DNA of 64,000 nt from Candidatus Marinacidobacterales bacterium (GTDB taxonomy: Bacteria; Acidobacteriota; Vicinamibacteria; Marinacidobacterales; SMYC01): assembly GCA_965224085.1 (NCBI GenBank), contig CBDCYI010000004.1, positions 1,248,001 through 1,312,000 on the forward strand, given 5' to 3'. Shown piece by piece: positions 21,523-31,491 of the stretch. The notes under the pieces are model-generated. The model was not told the DNA's origin. It did not search any database and was given only the letters and a program-made list of their open reading frames with translations. Positions within the stretch are counted from its first letter, which is position 1. Each line of letters begins with the position of its first letter. Made by a program: the position numbers and the translations under genes.

Positions 21523-21752
21523 AATGTTTCTGCTTTGCTTTCCACACGGTTCTCCAATGTCTCGCCTCGCGCGAAGCGTGTAATGTTCGCGAGGAGTGGA
21601 TCGATAGGTTCTTTTTGGCCGCCGCCCCGTATGAGGGGCCGGAACGACATCGTCCAGCTTCGTGAGCGTGATACCGAAGCAGGATGTGATAGCGCTCCTC
21701 CAGCAAAGGACGCGATCCTACTACGCAGCCAAGAAGACGTCTATCGTGCTCG

Positions 21753-22478
21753 TTAGAGCGTCGTATCGAAATAGTCGACGGCGAAATCCACCAAGTCCCG
21801 AATTCGGAAGAGCGAGGAGGTCGCCTCACCGACCTTGGCGCGAGCAGCTCTTCCCGACGCGAGGTAGCGCTTTCCGATGATCGGGAAATGGAGGTCGTTG
21901 TCGTCGGCGACGTTGGGCACTTCAATCCATACTGCTTCTCCGTTCTCGATGTTGGGAAAGCGCACTCGGGCGGTTCTGCGTTTCTTCGATAGGGTCTCCG
22001 CGTAATGAAGCGCGGTGCAGCGGTTGAATCCCACACCGAGAAGCAAGATGGCGCTATCGCAGTCGTGTAGTCGCCCAAACGGCGTGCCGGGTCCTTCGGA
22101 GAAAGCCAGCGGGTGTAAGGACGTGACCTCCGCGGCCAACGGACCGCGCGCGCACACGGACTCGAGGGGATGAGTGCTGCGAAGCGTTCCCGGCCACGTG
22201 CGAAACGCTTCTGCGATCGCGCCCATCTTCGTAGGCGTCAACTCCGCGTCGAACACGGTTACAGGTGCCGGCACGGCGCATTGAGGAGTGGCTGCGGGCA
22301 TGGCGAGCGTCCCGTCCTCGCCGAGGGCTTTGATGAGCGCGCGCACCACCGCGCGTGCTCCGCCCTCGACCCACCCGATCGCGCTCAATGAGGAATGGAC
22401 GATGAGCGTGGCGCCCGGCGTGACTCCGAGATCCCTCAAATCGCGCGCCAGCCGTTCCATGCCGCTTGCGGATTTCAT
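21753..22478 (-). CDS. AAC(3)/YokD family N-acetyltransferase
   Basis: VHSSLSAIGWVEGG, GTLAMP, MGAIAEAFR, RSTHP, LLGVGFNRCTALHYAE. Confidence 0.88.
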   Translation of the reverse strand: MKSASGMERLARDLRDLGVTPGATLIVHSSLSAIGWVEGGARAVVRALIKALGEDGTLAMPAATPQCAVPAPVTVFDAELTPTKMGAIAEAFRTWPGTLRSTHPLESVCARGPLAAEVTSLHPLAFSEGPGTPFGRLHDCDSAILLLGVGFNRCTALHYAETLSKKRRTARVRFPNIENGEAVWIEVPNVADDNDLHFPIIGKRYLASGRAARAKVGEATSSLFRIRDLVDFAVDYFDTTL

Positions 22479-22594
22479 GACGTCAATCGAAGGCTGCGGC
22501 CGCCCACAGGCGAACGGGACTTTTGTTGCGGCCACTACTTCCCGGAATTCAGGCTGAGACTGTAGCACGCAGGCGCCCAGAGGCCCCTAAATCT

Positions 22595-22636
22595 TGTGGA
22601 AAACTACGCGCGAGACTGTGGAAACCCTGTGGAAAG
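22595..22636. promoter_or_regulatory. Three DnaA-box-like direct repeats
   Basis: TGTGGAAAA (22595), TGTGGAAAC (22617), TGTGGAAAG (22628) in a divergent intergenic region; the first fits the reverse complement of TTWTNCACA. Confidence 0.45.
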
Positions 22637-22793
22637 CGGGATCCACGTGATGCGTAACGAGCGAAACCAGGATCGGAAGGCATCTTAGCTTGCGGCTCCA
22701 CGCACGAACGGGCGCGCCGTCTTTACCAGCATCAACGACCGCAGTCCTCGCGTTTCCAAATATCGCGCGCGTGATACCGTGTCCGGCATTCTC

Positions 22794-23879
22794 ATGCGTT
22801 TCATTCCCACTTGCGCCGTTGTGCTCGTGCTTCTTTCTTCGCTCGCTGTAAACGGCTCGCAGATTCCCACTACGGGCGAGGGCCTGTACGAAATCGGCTG
22901 CGCCAAATGTCACGGTGAGACGGGTGCAGGTGTTCCGCTCGATCGAGTCGGTTTCGACGTGCCTCTTCCTGATTTCGCCGACTGCAGTTTCGCGACGCGG
23001 GAGCCCGATTTCGATTGGATTGCCGTCTCCCATCAAGGAGGGCCGGTCCGCGGATTCGATTCGAGCATGCCCGCCTTCGGCGAGGCGTTCGACATCGAGC
23101 AGATACAGAAGATCGTGGACTTCGTTCGCACATTCTGCGTCGAAGAAAATTGGCCAAGTGGGGAGCTCAATTTGCCGCGCTCACTGTTTACGGAGAAGGC
23201 CTATCCAGAAGACGAGCTCATTTGGACTGTCGGGGTAGCGACGGAAGGAAAGGGTGAGCTCACGAACGAGCTTCTATACGAGCGTCGCTTTGGTGCGCGT
23301 TACCAATGGGAGCTCGCGATCCCGTTCGGCGCGGCACCGAGCACGAGCGGGGGTCCCTGGGCGGGAGGCGTCGGCGACGTCACGGTTGGCGTCAAGAGCA
23401 CCGTCTATCATCGCCTGGACCGCGGCAATATTCTGAGCTTGAACGCCGAGGTCGCCATCCCGACGGGAAGCGAAGAGAACGGCCAAGGAAAGGGCGTTTT
23501 CGTTTTCGAGCCGTCCGTATCCTTTGGCCAACTGTTGCCAGCCGATACTTTCCTGCATTTGCAAGCTGGCATCGAGCTACCGAGTAATCGTGACCGAGTC
23601 GAGCAAGATATTTTCTGGGCGGCGGTCTTCGGGCGGACGTTCACCGTCAACACCTGGGGACGGAGTTTCTCTCCGATGGTGGCGGTCATTGGTCGAGCCG
23701 AAGATGGCAGCACAGACTGGGATGTCGTCCCCCAACTCCAGATCTCTCTCAACGTGCGCCAACACGTCCTCGCAAACGTGGGGCTACTCGCTCCCGTAAA
23801 CGAAAGCTCCCGGCCGAAGCAAGTTTTCTTCTACATTTTGTGGGAGTGGTTCGACGGTGGACTCCTCGACGGTTGGTGA
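22794..23879 (+). CDS. Exported c-type cytochrome fused to a probable outer-membrane beta-barrel
   Basis: Signal peptide; CAKCH; SMPAFG distal Met; then amphipathic strands (GVGDVTVGVKS, PTGSEENGQGKG) and a Trp-rich C-terminus. Confidence 0.75.
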   Translation: MRFIPTCAVVLVLLSSLAVNGSQIPTTGEGLYEIGCAKCHGETGAGVPLDRVGFDVPLPDFADCSFATREPDFDWIAVSHQGGPVRGFDSSMPAFGEAFDIEQIQKIVDFVRTFCVEENWPSGELNLPRSLFTEKAYPEDELIWTVGVATEGKGELTNELLYERRFGARYQWELAIPFGAAPSTSGGPWAGGVGDVTVGVKSTVYHRLDRGNILSLNAEVAIPTGSEENGQGKGVFVFEPSVSFGQLLPADTFLHLQAGIELPSNRDRVEQDIFWAAVFGRTFTVNTWGRSFSPMVAVIGRAEDGSTDWDVVPQLQISLNVRQHVLANVGLLAPVNESSRPKQVFFYILWEWFDGGLLDGW

Positions 23880-23924
23880 GCAAATTGAAGACCTCGTCGG
23901 CCATAGAATCGTAGCACCTGTGGT

Positions 23925-24746
23925 TTGGTGTATCGTTTCCGGGTGAGCATCAGCTCGGGCCGCCCGGGAGCACTACAGGTCGACCATCTCACGCTTCGCT
24001 TCGGTGGGCTCGCGGCGCTTTCAGACGTTTCGCTCTCCGTCCACCCCGGCGAGCTTCTCGCGGTGATCGGACCAAACGGCGCGGGCAAGACCAGTCTTCT
24101 CAACTGTATCAGCGGCCTTCACCGGCCTCAGTCGGGTGCTATCTGGTTCGCCGATCGCGCGGGCGTTCGCCGCGAGCTCACCCTCATGAAGACACATCAC
24201 ATGGCGGCGCTCGGTATTGCGCGCTCGTTTCAGAATCTCGAGCTCTTCCGGCACATGAGCGTGCTCGACAACCTCATGCTCGGCCGGCACGCCCACATGA
24301 AAGGCGGTGTCTTCGGCTCCGGGTTTTATTGGGGCCTTCAAGAAAAAGAAGAGCTCCGGGAGCGGCAAGTCGTCGAGGAGATCATCGACTTTCTCGAGAT
24401 CGAGCGCATTCGCGACGAGACCGTGGAGTCCCTTCCCTATGGTCTTCAGAAGCGCGTGGAGCTCGGCCGCGCGCTCGCTATGGATCCCACACTTCTTCTT
24501 CTCGACGAGCCGATGGCGGGGATGAATACCGAGGAAAAAGAAGACATGGCGCGCTTCGTCCTCGACGTTCACGAAGAGAAAGGCGTCGCGGTCGTGTTGA
24601 TCGAGCACGATATGGGCGTCGTGATGGATCTTGCGGAGCGGATTCTCGTTCTCGATTTTGGCAGGAAGCTCGCCGAGGGGCCGCCCGAGGCGATTCGCAA
24701 CGATGAGCGCGTCATCCAAGCTTATCTTGGCGAGGCCGCGTCTTGA
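23925..24746 (+). CDS. LivG-like ABC transporter ATPase
   Basis: GPNGAGKT, RSFQN, LPYG, LLLDEP, IEHDM, AYLG; exact start uncertain. Confidence 0.9.
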   Translation: MVYRFRVSISSGRPGALQVDHLTLRFGGLAALSDVSLSVHPGELLAVIGPNGAGKTSLLNCISGLHRPQSGAIWFADRAGVRRELTLMKTHHMAALGIARSFQNLELFRHMSVLDNLMLGRHAHMKGGVFGSGFYWGLQEKEELRERQVVEEIIDFLEIERIRDETVESLPYGLQKRVELGRALAMDPTLLLLDEPMAGMNTEEKEDMARFVLDVHEEKGVAVVLIEHDMGVVMDLAERILVLDFGRKLAEGPPEAIRNDERVIQAYLGEAAS

Positions 24747-25708
24747 TGCTCGCCGTTTTTGCCGTGCTGGCATTTGTTTTGGCGGCTTCTGCCTGTCATT
24801 ACCACTGGTTCGCGTCTCGCCACGAGCGGCATCGATTCCCTCCACCAGGCGAGCTCATCGATGTCGGCGGTTATCGGATGCATCTTCACGTTCTCGGCGA
24901 GGGTAGTCCTACCGTCGTGCTCGATTCGGCGCTCGCGGGCTCGTCGCTGAGCTGGTCGGAGATTCAGCCGGACGTTGCGCGCTTCACCAAAGTCCTTAGC
25001 TATGACCGCGCTGGGTTCGGTTGGAGCGACGCGAGCCCGCACCCGCGCACGCTCCATCACATGACGCGCGAGCTCCACGAGCTTTTGTCGAAGGCGAACG
25101 TCGAAGGGCCTTTCGTTCTTGTCGGACACTCCTATGGCGGATGGATGGCTCAGCTCTTGGCGTCGCGCCACCCGGATCTCGTCGCCGGCCTCGTGCTCGT
25201 GGACACTCCGCATCCCCGCGAGTGGGTCGAGCCCGACCAGGCACAACGCGTACGCGTGGCGCGCGGTGCCCGCACGGCGCGGCTTGCGGCCTTTGGAGCG
25301 CGTTTTGGAGTCATGCGCGCCTTCTTGCACCTCGGCCGCTTCCGCTCTTCCGAGCACGATCGCACCGCTCAGCTCCTCGGCAAAACACCTGCGGCCATCC
25401 GCCCACAACTTCGTTCGTTTTGGGTGCGGCAAAGGACTCTCGAAGCGCTCGCGAGTCAAATCGAGAACGCACCGGAGAGCGCCGCCTCGCTCGCGGCGGA
25501 AACGACTTCGCTCGGCGATATCCCCCTCGTCGTGATCACCGCGGCCGATCCAAGCCCGCAGCGTCTCGAAGATCAGCTCTCGACCGTCGCTCTCAGCCAG
25601 TCGGGGCGTCATGTCATCGCCGAGACAAGCGATCATTGGATCCCACTCGAGGAAGCCGAGCTCGTGGTGCAGGCCATCCGTGACGTCGTCGCTTCGGTGC
25701 GCGCATGA
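24743..25708 (+). CDS. Alpha/beta hydrolase with N-terminal anchor
   Basis: PPGELIDVGG, YDRAGFGWS, GHSYGG, SDHWI. Confidence 0.88.
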   Translation: MMLAVFAVLAFVLAASACHYHWFASRHERHRFPPPGELIDVGGYRMHLHVLGEGSPTVVLDSALAGSSLSWSEIQPDVARFTKVLSYDRAGFGWSDASPHPRTLHHMTRELHELLSKANVEGPFVLVGHSYGGWMAQLLASRHPDLVAGLVLVDTPHPREWVEPDQAQRVRVARGARTARLAAFGARFGVMRAFLHLGRFRSSEHDRTAQLLGKTPAAIRPQLRSFWVRQRTLEALASQIENAPESAASLAAETTSLGDIPLVVITAADPSPQRLEDQLSTVALSQSGRHVIAETSDHWIPLEEAELVVQAIRDVVASVRA

Positions 25709-27549
25709 CCGACACGCTTCCGAAGCTTCTTTGCGAGCGCGCGTCAACTTCGCCGGATGCGCAGGCGCTTCGCGAAAAGCGTTTTGGGATCTGGCGCGCT
25801 ATCACGTGGCGCGGCTATCGCGACCGCGTCGAGGAGCTTTGTCTCGGCCTGCGAGCTCTCGGTATCGGCCGGGGCGACAAAATCGCGATCGTCGGGGACA
25901 ACCGGCCCGAGTGGGTGCTCTCGGAACTCGCGGCGCAAGCGCTGGGCGCGATCCCACTCGGTATCTACCAGGACTCCGTCAGCGAGGAGCTCGTCGTGCT
26001 CGCCGACGCCTCCGAGGCGAAGGCTCTCATTGCCGAAGATCAAGAGCAGGTCGACAAGGTTTTGGAAGTGCGCCACCGCCTTCCCGAACTCAAGCGCGTC
26101 ATCGTGAGCGATCCTCGCGGGATGCGAGGCTACAACGATTCTTGCCTGATGGCGCTTTCAGAGCTCGCTGTTTCTGGACGCGCGTCCCAAAAAGACGACC
26201 CGGGCCGGTTTGATGCGCTCGTCTCGGAGACGTCGCCCGACGATGTCGCGCTTTTTGCCACCACGTCGGGCACGACGGGGACACCCAAGCTCGCGATGCT
26301 GACCCATCGCAATCTCGTCTCGATGGCACGGAGCTTGATGGCGGTCGATCCGCTCGGCCCTCCTGACGAGCTCGTGTCGTTTCTTCCGCTCGCCTGGGTA
26401 GGAGAGCAGATGATGTCGGTGTCTTCCGCGCTCGTGGCCGGCGCGACCGTGAACTTTCCCGAGGAGCCGGAGACGGTCACGCAAGACCTTCGGGAGATTG
26501 CGCCGCACGTCATGTTCTCGCCTCCTCGGATTTGGGAAAGCCTCTTGTCGGAAGTGCAAATGAAGCGTGCTGACGCGACTTGGCTGAAGCGTCGCGTGCT
26601 CGACTGGGCGCTCGACGGGAATCATAGCGGCGTTTCTAAAAGCCTCGCGGATCTCGTCTGCCTGTATTGGATTCGCGACGGACTCGGACTCCGGCGGTTG
26701 AGACACGCCTATACCGGCGGCGCCGCGCTCGGACCCGATACCCTACGGTTTTTTCACGAGCTTGGCGTGAACTTGAAGCAGATCTACGGTCAGACGGAAG
26801 TCTCCGGCATCTCGGTCGTGCATCGTGACGGCGCGGTGAAGCCGGACACCATGGGTGAGCCCCTCCCCGGGACCGAGCTTCGCATTACGGAGGACGGAGA
26901 GATCATCTCGCGGAGCCAAGCGGTCTTCGCCGGCTATTACAAGAACGAGGCCGGTACTCGGGAAGTGCTCCGAGACGGCTGGCTCCATTCGGGCGACGCG
27001 GGCTATGTCGATGCGGATGGGCAGCTCGTCGTGATCGACCGCGTCGAAGACGTCGCTCACCTCACGGATGGCACGCCCTTTAGCCCCCAATTCGTGGAGA
27101 ACAAGCTCAAGTTCAGCCCTTACGTTCGAGAAGCGGTCGTCTTTGGCGGCGATGGCCGTCCCTTCGTCACCGCACTCATCTCGATCGACTTCCAGAATGT
27201 CGGCACGTGGGCGGAGAGGCGGCAAGTGCCGTTCACGACCTTCGTAGACTTGTCCCAACAAGAAGCCGTGCTCGAGCTGCTGACGGCGGAGCTTCGCCGC
27301 GTCAACGAGCGGCTTCCCGAGGCGATGCGAGTGACGCGTTTCCTCCTCCTTCACAAGGAGCTCGACGCAGACGACGCGGAACTCACGCGTACCCGCAAAG
27401 TGCGTCGCCAAACGGTGGCGGAGCGTTATTGCGATCTCGTCACGGCGCTCGATGGGAAGGCGTCCACGGTCGCGCTCGAGACCGAGATTCGTTATCAGGA
27501 CGGCCGTTGTGCGCAGATATCGGTCTACATCCCGATCGTGAGGCTCTGA
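25705..27549 (+). CDS. Long-chain fatty acid-CoA ligase (AMP-binding)
   Basis: TSGTTGTPK, YGQTE, GWLHSGDAG, ELTRTRKVRR. Confidence 0.92.
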   Translation: MTDTLPKLLCERASTSPDAQALREKRFGIWRAITWRGYRDRVEELCLGLRALGIGRGDKIAIVGDNRPEWVLSELAAQALGAIPLGIYQDSVSEELVVLADASEAKALIAEDQEQVDKVLEVRHRLPELKRVIVSDPRGMRGYNDSCLMALSELAVSGRASQKDDPGRFDALVSETSPDDVALFATTSGTTGTPKLAMLTHRNLVSMARSLMAVDPLGPPDELVSFLPLAWVGEQMMSVSSALVAGATVNFPEEPETVTQDLREIAPHVMFSPPRIWESLLSEVQMKRADATWLKRRVLDWALDGNHSGVSKSLADLVCLYWIRDGLGLRRLRHAYTGGAALGPDTLRFFHELGVNLKQIYGQTEVSGISVVHRDGAVKPDTMGEPLPGTELRITEDGEIISRSQAVFAGYYKNEAGTREVLRDGWLHSGDAGYVDADGQLVVIDRVEDVAHLTDGTPFSPQFVENKLKFSPYVREAVVFGGDGRPFVTALISIDFQNVGTWAERRQVPFTTFVDLSQQEAVLELLTAELRRVNERLPEAMRVTRFLLLHKELDADDAELTRTRKVRRQTVAERYCDLVTALDGKASTVALETEIRYQDGRCAQISVYIPIVRL

Positions 27550-27553
27550 GCGG

Positions 27554-28381
27554 ATGGACGTTCTAGCCGAGCTCACCGTGGCGGGCCTCGCCAACGGGAT
27601 GATCTACGCCCTCATCGCGATTGGCTTCATTATTATTTATAAAGCCACCGACGTCATCAATTTCGCGCAAGGACCGCTCCTTCTTCTCGGGGCCTATCTC
27701 GGCTACACCTTCCTTTCGCTTCAGATTCCCGTTTGGCTCGGCATCGGCCTCGCGCTCGGCGTTGCCGCCCTCGTGGGCGTCGCGATGGCCCGCTTCGCGC
27801 TGCGTCCTCTCATCGGCAAGCCGGTCATCTCGATGATCATGGCGACGGTCGCGCTCTCGAGCATCTTGCACGCCTTGATTCAAGGCATTTGGGGCGTGAG
27901 GCCACGAAACTTTCCCTTGGACGTCGATCGGCCGGTCGTCATCGGTGTGGCGGCGGTGTCGCTTGTCGCTCTAGGCTGGTTCTTCCGCCGCAGCCGTGAA
28001 GGCCTCGCGATGCGGGCCGTCGCCGACGATCAGCAAGCCGCGATGAGCGTGGGCGTTAGCCTGCCTCGAACGCTTTCGCTCGCGTGGGCGCTCGCCTCGG
28101 CCGCGGCGGCGCTCGGAGGCATTCTGCTCGCGGGTCTCGTCGGCGTCAGCCAAAACATCACTGCCACCGGTCTTCGCGTGTTCCCGGTCGTGATCCTCGG
28201 CGGACTCGATTCGATTGCCGGCGCGGTGATTGGCGGGGCACTCATAGGTCTCGTGGAGGCTTACGCGGGCGGCTATGTCGGCAAGGGCGTTCAGACGCTC
28301 GTCCCTTTCGCGCTTCTTCTCCTCGTGCTGATGGTGCGGCCGTACGGGCTGTTCGGCAAGCGCCGGATGGAAAGAGTGTAG
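27554..28381 (+). CDS. LivH-like ABC permease
   Basis: INFAQG, GLAMRAVADD, ILGGLDS, RPYGLFG. Confidence 0.88.
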   Translation: MDVLAELTVAGLANGMIYALIAIGFIIIYKATDVINFAQGPLLLLGAYLGYTFLSLQIPVWLGIGLALGVAALVGVAMARFALRPLIGKPVISMIMATVALSSILHALIQGIWGVRPRNFPLDVDRPVVIGVAAVSLVALGWFFRRSREGLAMRAVADDQQAAMSVGVSLPRTLSLAWALASAAAALGGILLAGLVGVSQNITATGLRVFPVVILGGLDSIAGAVIGGALIGLVEAYAGGYVGKGVQTLVPFALLLLVLMVRPYGLFGKRRMERV

Positions 28382-28387
28382 GCCGCT

Positions 28388-29431
28388 TTGCGCTCGGGAC
28401 ATTTCTTCACCAGCTACGCGGCGAACACCGCGCTCTTCCGTACACCGCTCGAGCGGCGGCGAATGGGCCTCTTTGCCGTTTTGGTCATCGTCTTTCCGTT
28501 CGTCGCGACCTCTTACGGCTTGTCGCTCGCGAATCAGATCGCTATTGCCACCGTCGGCGCCATCGGTCTCAATATCCTCGTGGGCTACACGGGACAGATC
28601 TCGCTCGGCCAAGGAGCTTTCATGGCGGTAGGCGCTTACGCGAGCGGGCTCGCCACCATCGAGTGGGGCCTTCCCTTCTGGCTCAGCATCCCGATCGCGA
28701 GTTTTTTCACAGCGGCCGTTGGAGTGTTCTTCGGTCTACCCTCGCTCCGGTTGAAGGGGCTCTATCTCGCTGTCGCGACGCTGGCCGCGCAGCAGATCGT
28801 CGAATGGATCGTCACTCATTGGACGGGCCTTACCGGCGGCACCGAAGCGCTCGTCGTGCCCGCGCCGCGTCTTTTCGGTGCGCGGATGAACACCGATTTC
28901 CGTTTCTATTGGTTCGCGCTGGCCGCGGCGAGCGGGACGGCGCTCTTTGCAGCCAATCTTTTTCGCTCGCGGGTGGGACGTGCCTTTCTCGCGATCCGCG
29001 ACCAGGACATCGCGGCCGAAGCTTCCGGGGTCAACCTGTTCCGCTACAAGCTCACGGCGTTCGCGGTGTCGTCTTTTTTCGTCGGCATGTCGGGAGCGCT
29101 CATCGCGCATTACCGTACGATCGTGACGTGGGAGCGCTTCACGCTCGAGGTGAGCATTCTCTACCTCGCGATGGTCATCGTCGGCGGGCTCGGAAGTATC
29201 GTGGGCTCGTTTCTCGGTGCTTCGGTCCTAACACTCTTGCCCGCGCTCATCGCCACATCCGGCCGCGCGCTTCAGACGAGCTTCCCAGGTGTTGCCGAGA
29301 TCTTGCCCGCGGTGCAAGAAGGTGTCTTCGGGCTCATCGTTTTGCTCGTGCTCATCCTCGAGCCCCGTGGCCTCGCCAAGCTCTGGTCGAACGTGAAGAC
29401 CTATTTTCGGCTATGGCCGTTTTCCTATTAG
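28388..29431 (+). CDS. LivM-like ABC permease
   Basis: GYTGQISLGQ, LRLKGLYLAVATLA, GRAFLAIRD, VGGLGS, EPRGL. Confidence 0.9.
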   Translation: MRSGHFFTSYAANTALFRTPLERRRMGLFAVLVIVFPFVATSYGLSLANQIAIATVGAIGLNILVGYTGQISLGQGAFMAVGAYASGLATIEWGLPFWLSIPIASFFTAAVGVFFGLPSLRLKGLYLAVATLAAQQIVEWIVTHWTGLTGGTEALVVPAPRLFGARMNTDFRFYWFALAAASGTALFAANLFRSRVGRAFLAIRDQDIAAEASGVNLFRYKLTAFAVSSFFVGMSGALIAHYRTIVTWERFTLEVSILYLAMVIVGGLGSIVGSFLGASVLTLLPALIATSGRALQTSFPGVAEILPAVQEGVFGLIVLLVLILEPRGLAKLWSNVKTYFRLWPFSY

Positions 29432-29499
29432 CTTGGCTGGTACCGGCGGACGATATCGCGGCCCCGACTCTGCTTTGGAGAATCGAGAATCCAGCGAGA

Positions 29500-29729
29500 T
29501 CTGGTACTGGTCGGAGTACGGCAGCGGAACGTTGGGGTCGATTTGGGTAGAGCCTCCGCCGCTGGAACCTCGCTCCCGAGCTGGAGACAAGATCATCATG
29601 CGCGCCGAGGTGAATTTGGTTGGCGTGGTGTCGAGCTGTCCCATGGATCTGACGCCGACCGGGTCCGACGGCATTACAGATATCGAGGTGCTGGTGTCGG
29701 ATGATGTAGAGAGCCTTCCAAGGCTGTGA
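29500..29729 (+). pseudogene. C-terminal remnant of a DUF1989 (urea carboxylase-associated) protein
   Basis: SRAGDKIIMRAEVNLVGVVSSCPMD; no N-terminal half; 5' boundary approximate. Confidence 0.65.
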
Positions 29730-29778
29730 GCGGATTGTCGCGGGTCGACTCTCCGATCGGGAGAACGAACAGCAGAAA

Positions 29779-30042
29779 TCAAGTGGAGGGGTCAGCAGGC
29801 GCGAGCTTTTCCTGGAGCCAGAGATTCACGAGTGTCTCTACGGAGACGCCACTTTTCCTGGCTCGTTTTTCGAGCTCGTCGACAAGCTCCTTCTCGATCG
29901 CCACAAAGGTTCTGTGCTCTCCCGATTCGACCTCGAACTGGACAATTTCCGACGGGTAATCTGCAACGCTATGAGTATCCCAGAAGTCCGATGCTCTATC
30001 GATCGTCATCGCGTTCGGGATGGCATCGATCTTATCTGCCAT
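29779..30042 (-). CDS. CopG/BrnA-like antitoxin
   Basis: ASDFWDTHSVADY and a C-terminal RHH-like ARKSGVSVETLVNLWLQEKL; overlaps the toxin gene. Confidence 0.82.
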   Translation of the reverse strand: MADKIDAIPNAMTIDRASDFWDTHSVADYPSEIVQFEVESGEHRTFVAIEKELVDELEKRARKSGVSVETLVNLWLQEKLAPADPST

Positions 30043-30331
30043 ACTGTTTGCGTTCCTTCGAGTCCATGTCTCTCGCAGTGATGATGAGGGCTCGACCACC
30101 CAGCTTTCTGATGAAGACCACCGTCAAGTAGCGACCCGCTTCCGTCTGTCCGTAGGCCCCATAAACATCTTCGCCTTCGACCTTACCTTTTTCCAGTCGA
30201 CGGAATTGAGGCGGCGCCAGGAATACCTCCTCCACTTCATCGAGGCTAACACGGTGCTTCGCTTCGATTTTTTCGACGATATTTCGCAGCCATATGAAGC
30301 CCGAAATCCTCACTTGCTGCAATTCTAGCAT
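30032..30331 (-). CDS. brnT: BrnT family ribonuclease toxin
   Basis: KHRVSLDEVEEVF, GQTEAGRYLTVVF, IITARDMDSKERKQY. Confidence 0.87.
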   Translation of the reverse strand: MLELQQVRISGFIWLRNIVEKIEAKHRVSLDEVEEVFLAPPQFRRLEKGKVEGEDVYGAYGQTEAGRYLTVVFIRKLGGRALIITARDMDSKERKQYGR

Positions 30332-30404
30332 GCTTTCCAGACGAGAAAGCCGAGCTTCGATTTCATGACGTCCTGCACCGTCTGTTTACATCCCGGCTCT
30401 GGCG

Positions 30405-31491
30405 TGCCTTGGTGCACAACTCGCGATCTCGGTCCACAATTGTCCTTTACTCACGGATTCGAGGTTCCCCATGAGCATTTTCAAACGCACTCAGCGGAAG
30501 TATGTGAAGAAGGCCTATCGCGTGAGGAATTGGCGTGAATATGAGGCGGGTCTACGCAACCGTGGGAGCCTGACCGTCTGGATCTCGCTCACCGCCGGCA
30601 AGCTTGTGAACTGGGACGCGCCCCGGCCGAGGAGGAGGAAACCGGGCCGTCAACGCAAGTACTCGAACCACGCCATCGAGACGGCTGTCACCCTGGGCAT
30701 GGTGTTTCATCTGTCATCTAGACAGAGCGAGGGATTGCTGCGATCGTTGTTCGCTCTGATGAAGCTAGACAATGATGTGCCCGATCACACCACGATCTCG
30801 AGGCGCAAGGCGAAGCTGGGTAAGGTCCCCTTCTACCAAGACAAGCAGAAGACGCCGTTGCACATCTTGATCGACAGCAGCGGTCTCGCTGTCCACGCCG
30901 GCCAGCTGCGCAGAGCACCAAATAGCAGGGACTATCGCAAGCTCCATCTGTGTGTAGACGAGCAGACTGGCGAAGTCGTCGCCTGCGAGCTGACGAGCAA
31001 AAGAGCCCGCGATTCATCGCGGGTTGCATCGCTTGTCAGACAGATCGACAGTCCCATCTCATCGGCCAGAGCTGACACCGCATACGACGCCAGCGGCGTC
31101 TATGAGGCAATCGAGAATCACAGCGCTCATCGCTCACCGAGGGTGCTGATACCGCCGCGCAAGGGCGCCCTGCTCGCATCGGGGCCGGCGAGCAGCCGAC
31201 AGCGCAATCGCAACATTGCAGCACAAGCTCGGCTCGGCAAACGAAAGTGGCACACAGAATCGGGCTACAGCAAACGGAGCAAAGTCGAGACAACGTTCCA
31301 TCGCTACAAGGCTATCGTGGGCTCAGCGATGCGAGCGAGAGGGTTGGCGGCACAGAGAGTCGAGGCAAGGATCGGGTGCAAGATTCTCAACACCATGACG
31401 GCGCTCGGGATGCCTGATAGCGAGATGATCGGATGATGGGAGTCGGGGCCAAGCGAGCTCTCGGCCTCTATCGGAGTTGTGCACCAAGGCA
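30405..31491 (+). mobile_element. IS903-group element, copy 2 (1087 bp)
   Basis: Same 18-bp IRs; flanks GCTCTGGCG and GCGGCGCAG differ, so no target duplication. Confidence 0.93.
30471..31436 (+). CDS. IS903-group DDE transposase
   Basis: Near-identical to 3062..4027. Confidence 0.92.
   Translation: MSIFKRTQRKYVKKAYRVRNWREYEAGLRNRGSLTVWISLTAGKLVNWDAPRPRRRKPGRQRKYSNHAIETAVTLGMVFHLSSRQSEGLLRSLFALMKLDNDVPDHTTISRRKAKLGKVPFYQDKQKTPLHILIDSSGLAVHAGQLRRAPNSRDYRKLHLCVDEQTGEVVACELTSKRARDSSRVASLVRQIDSPISSARADTAYDASGVYEAIENHSAHRSPRVLIPPRKGALLASGPASSRQRNRNIAAQARLGKRKWHTESGYSKRSKVETTFHRYKAIVGSAMRARGLAAQRVEARIGCKILNTMTALGMPDSEMIG

Noticed and set aside
22595-22636. Replication origin
   Set aside because: Only three boxes, no AT-rich unwinding element, and no dnaA/dnaN nearby.
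30396-30404. GCTCTGGCG (copy 2 left flank) as the swapped duplication of GCCTGGCGG (copy 1 right flank)
   Set aside because: The two are not identical, and the DNA left of copy 2 is not recognisable as IS1634 transposase sequence.
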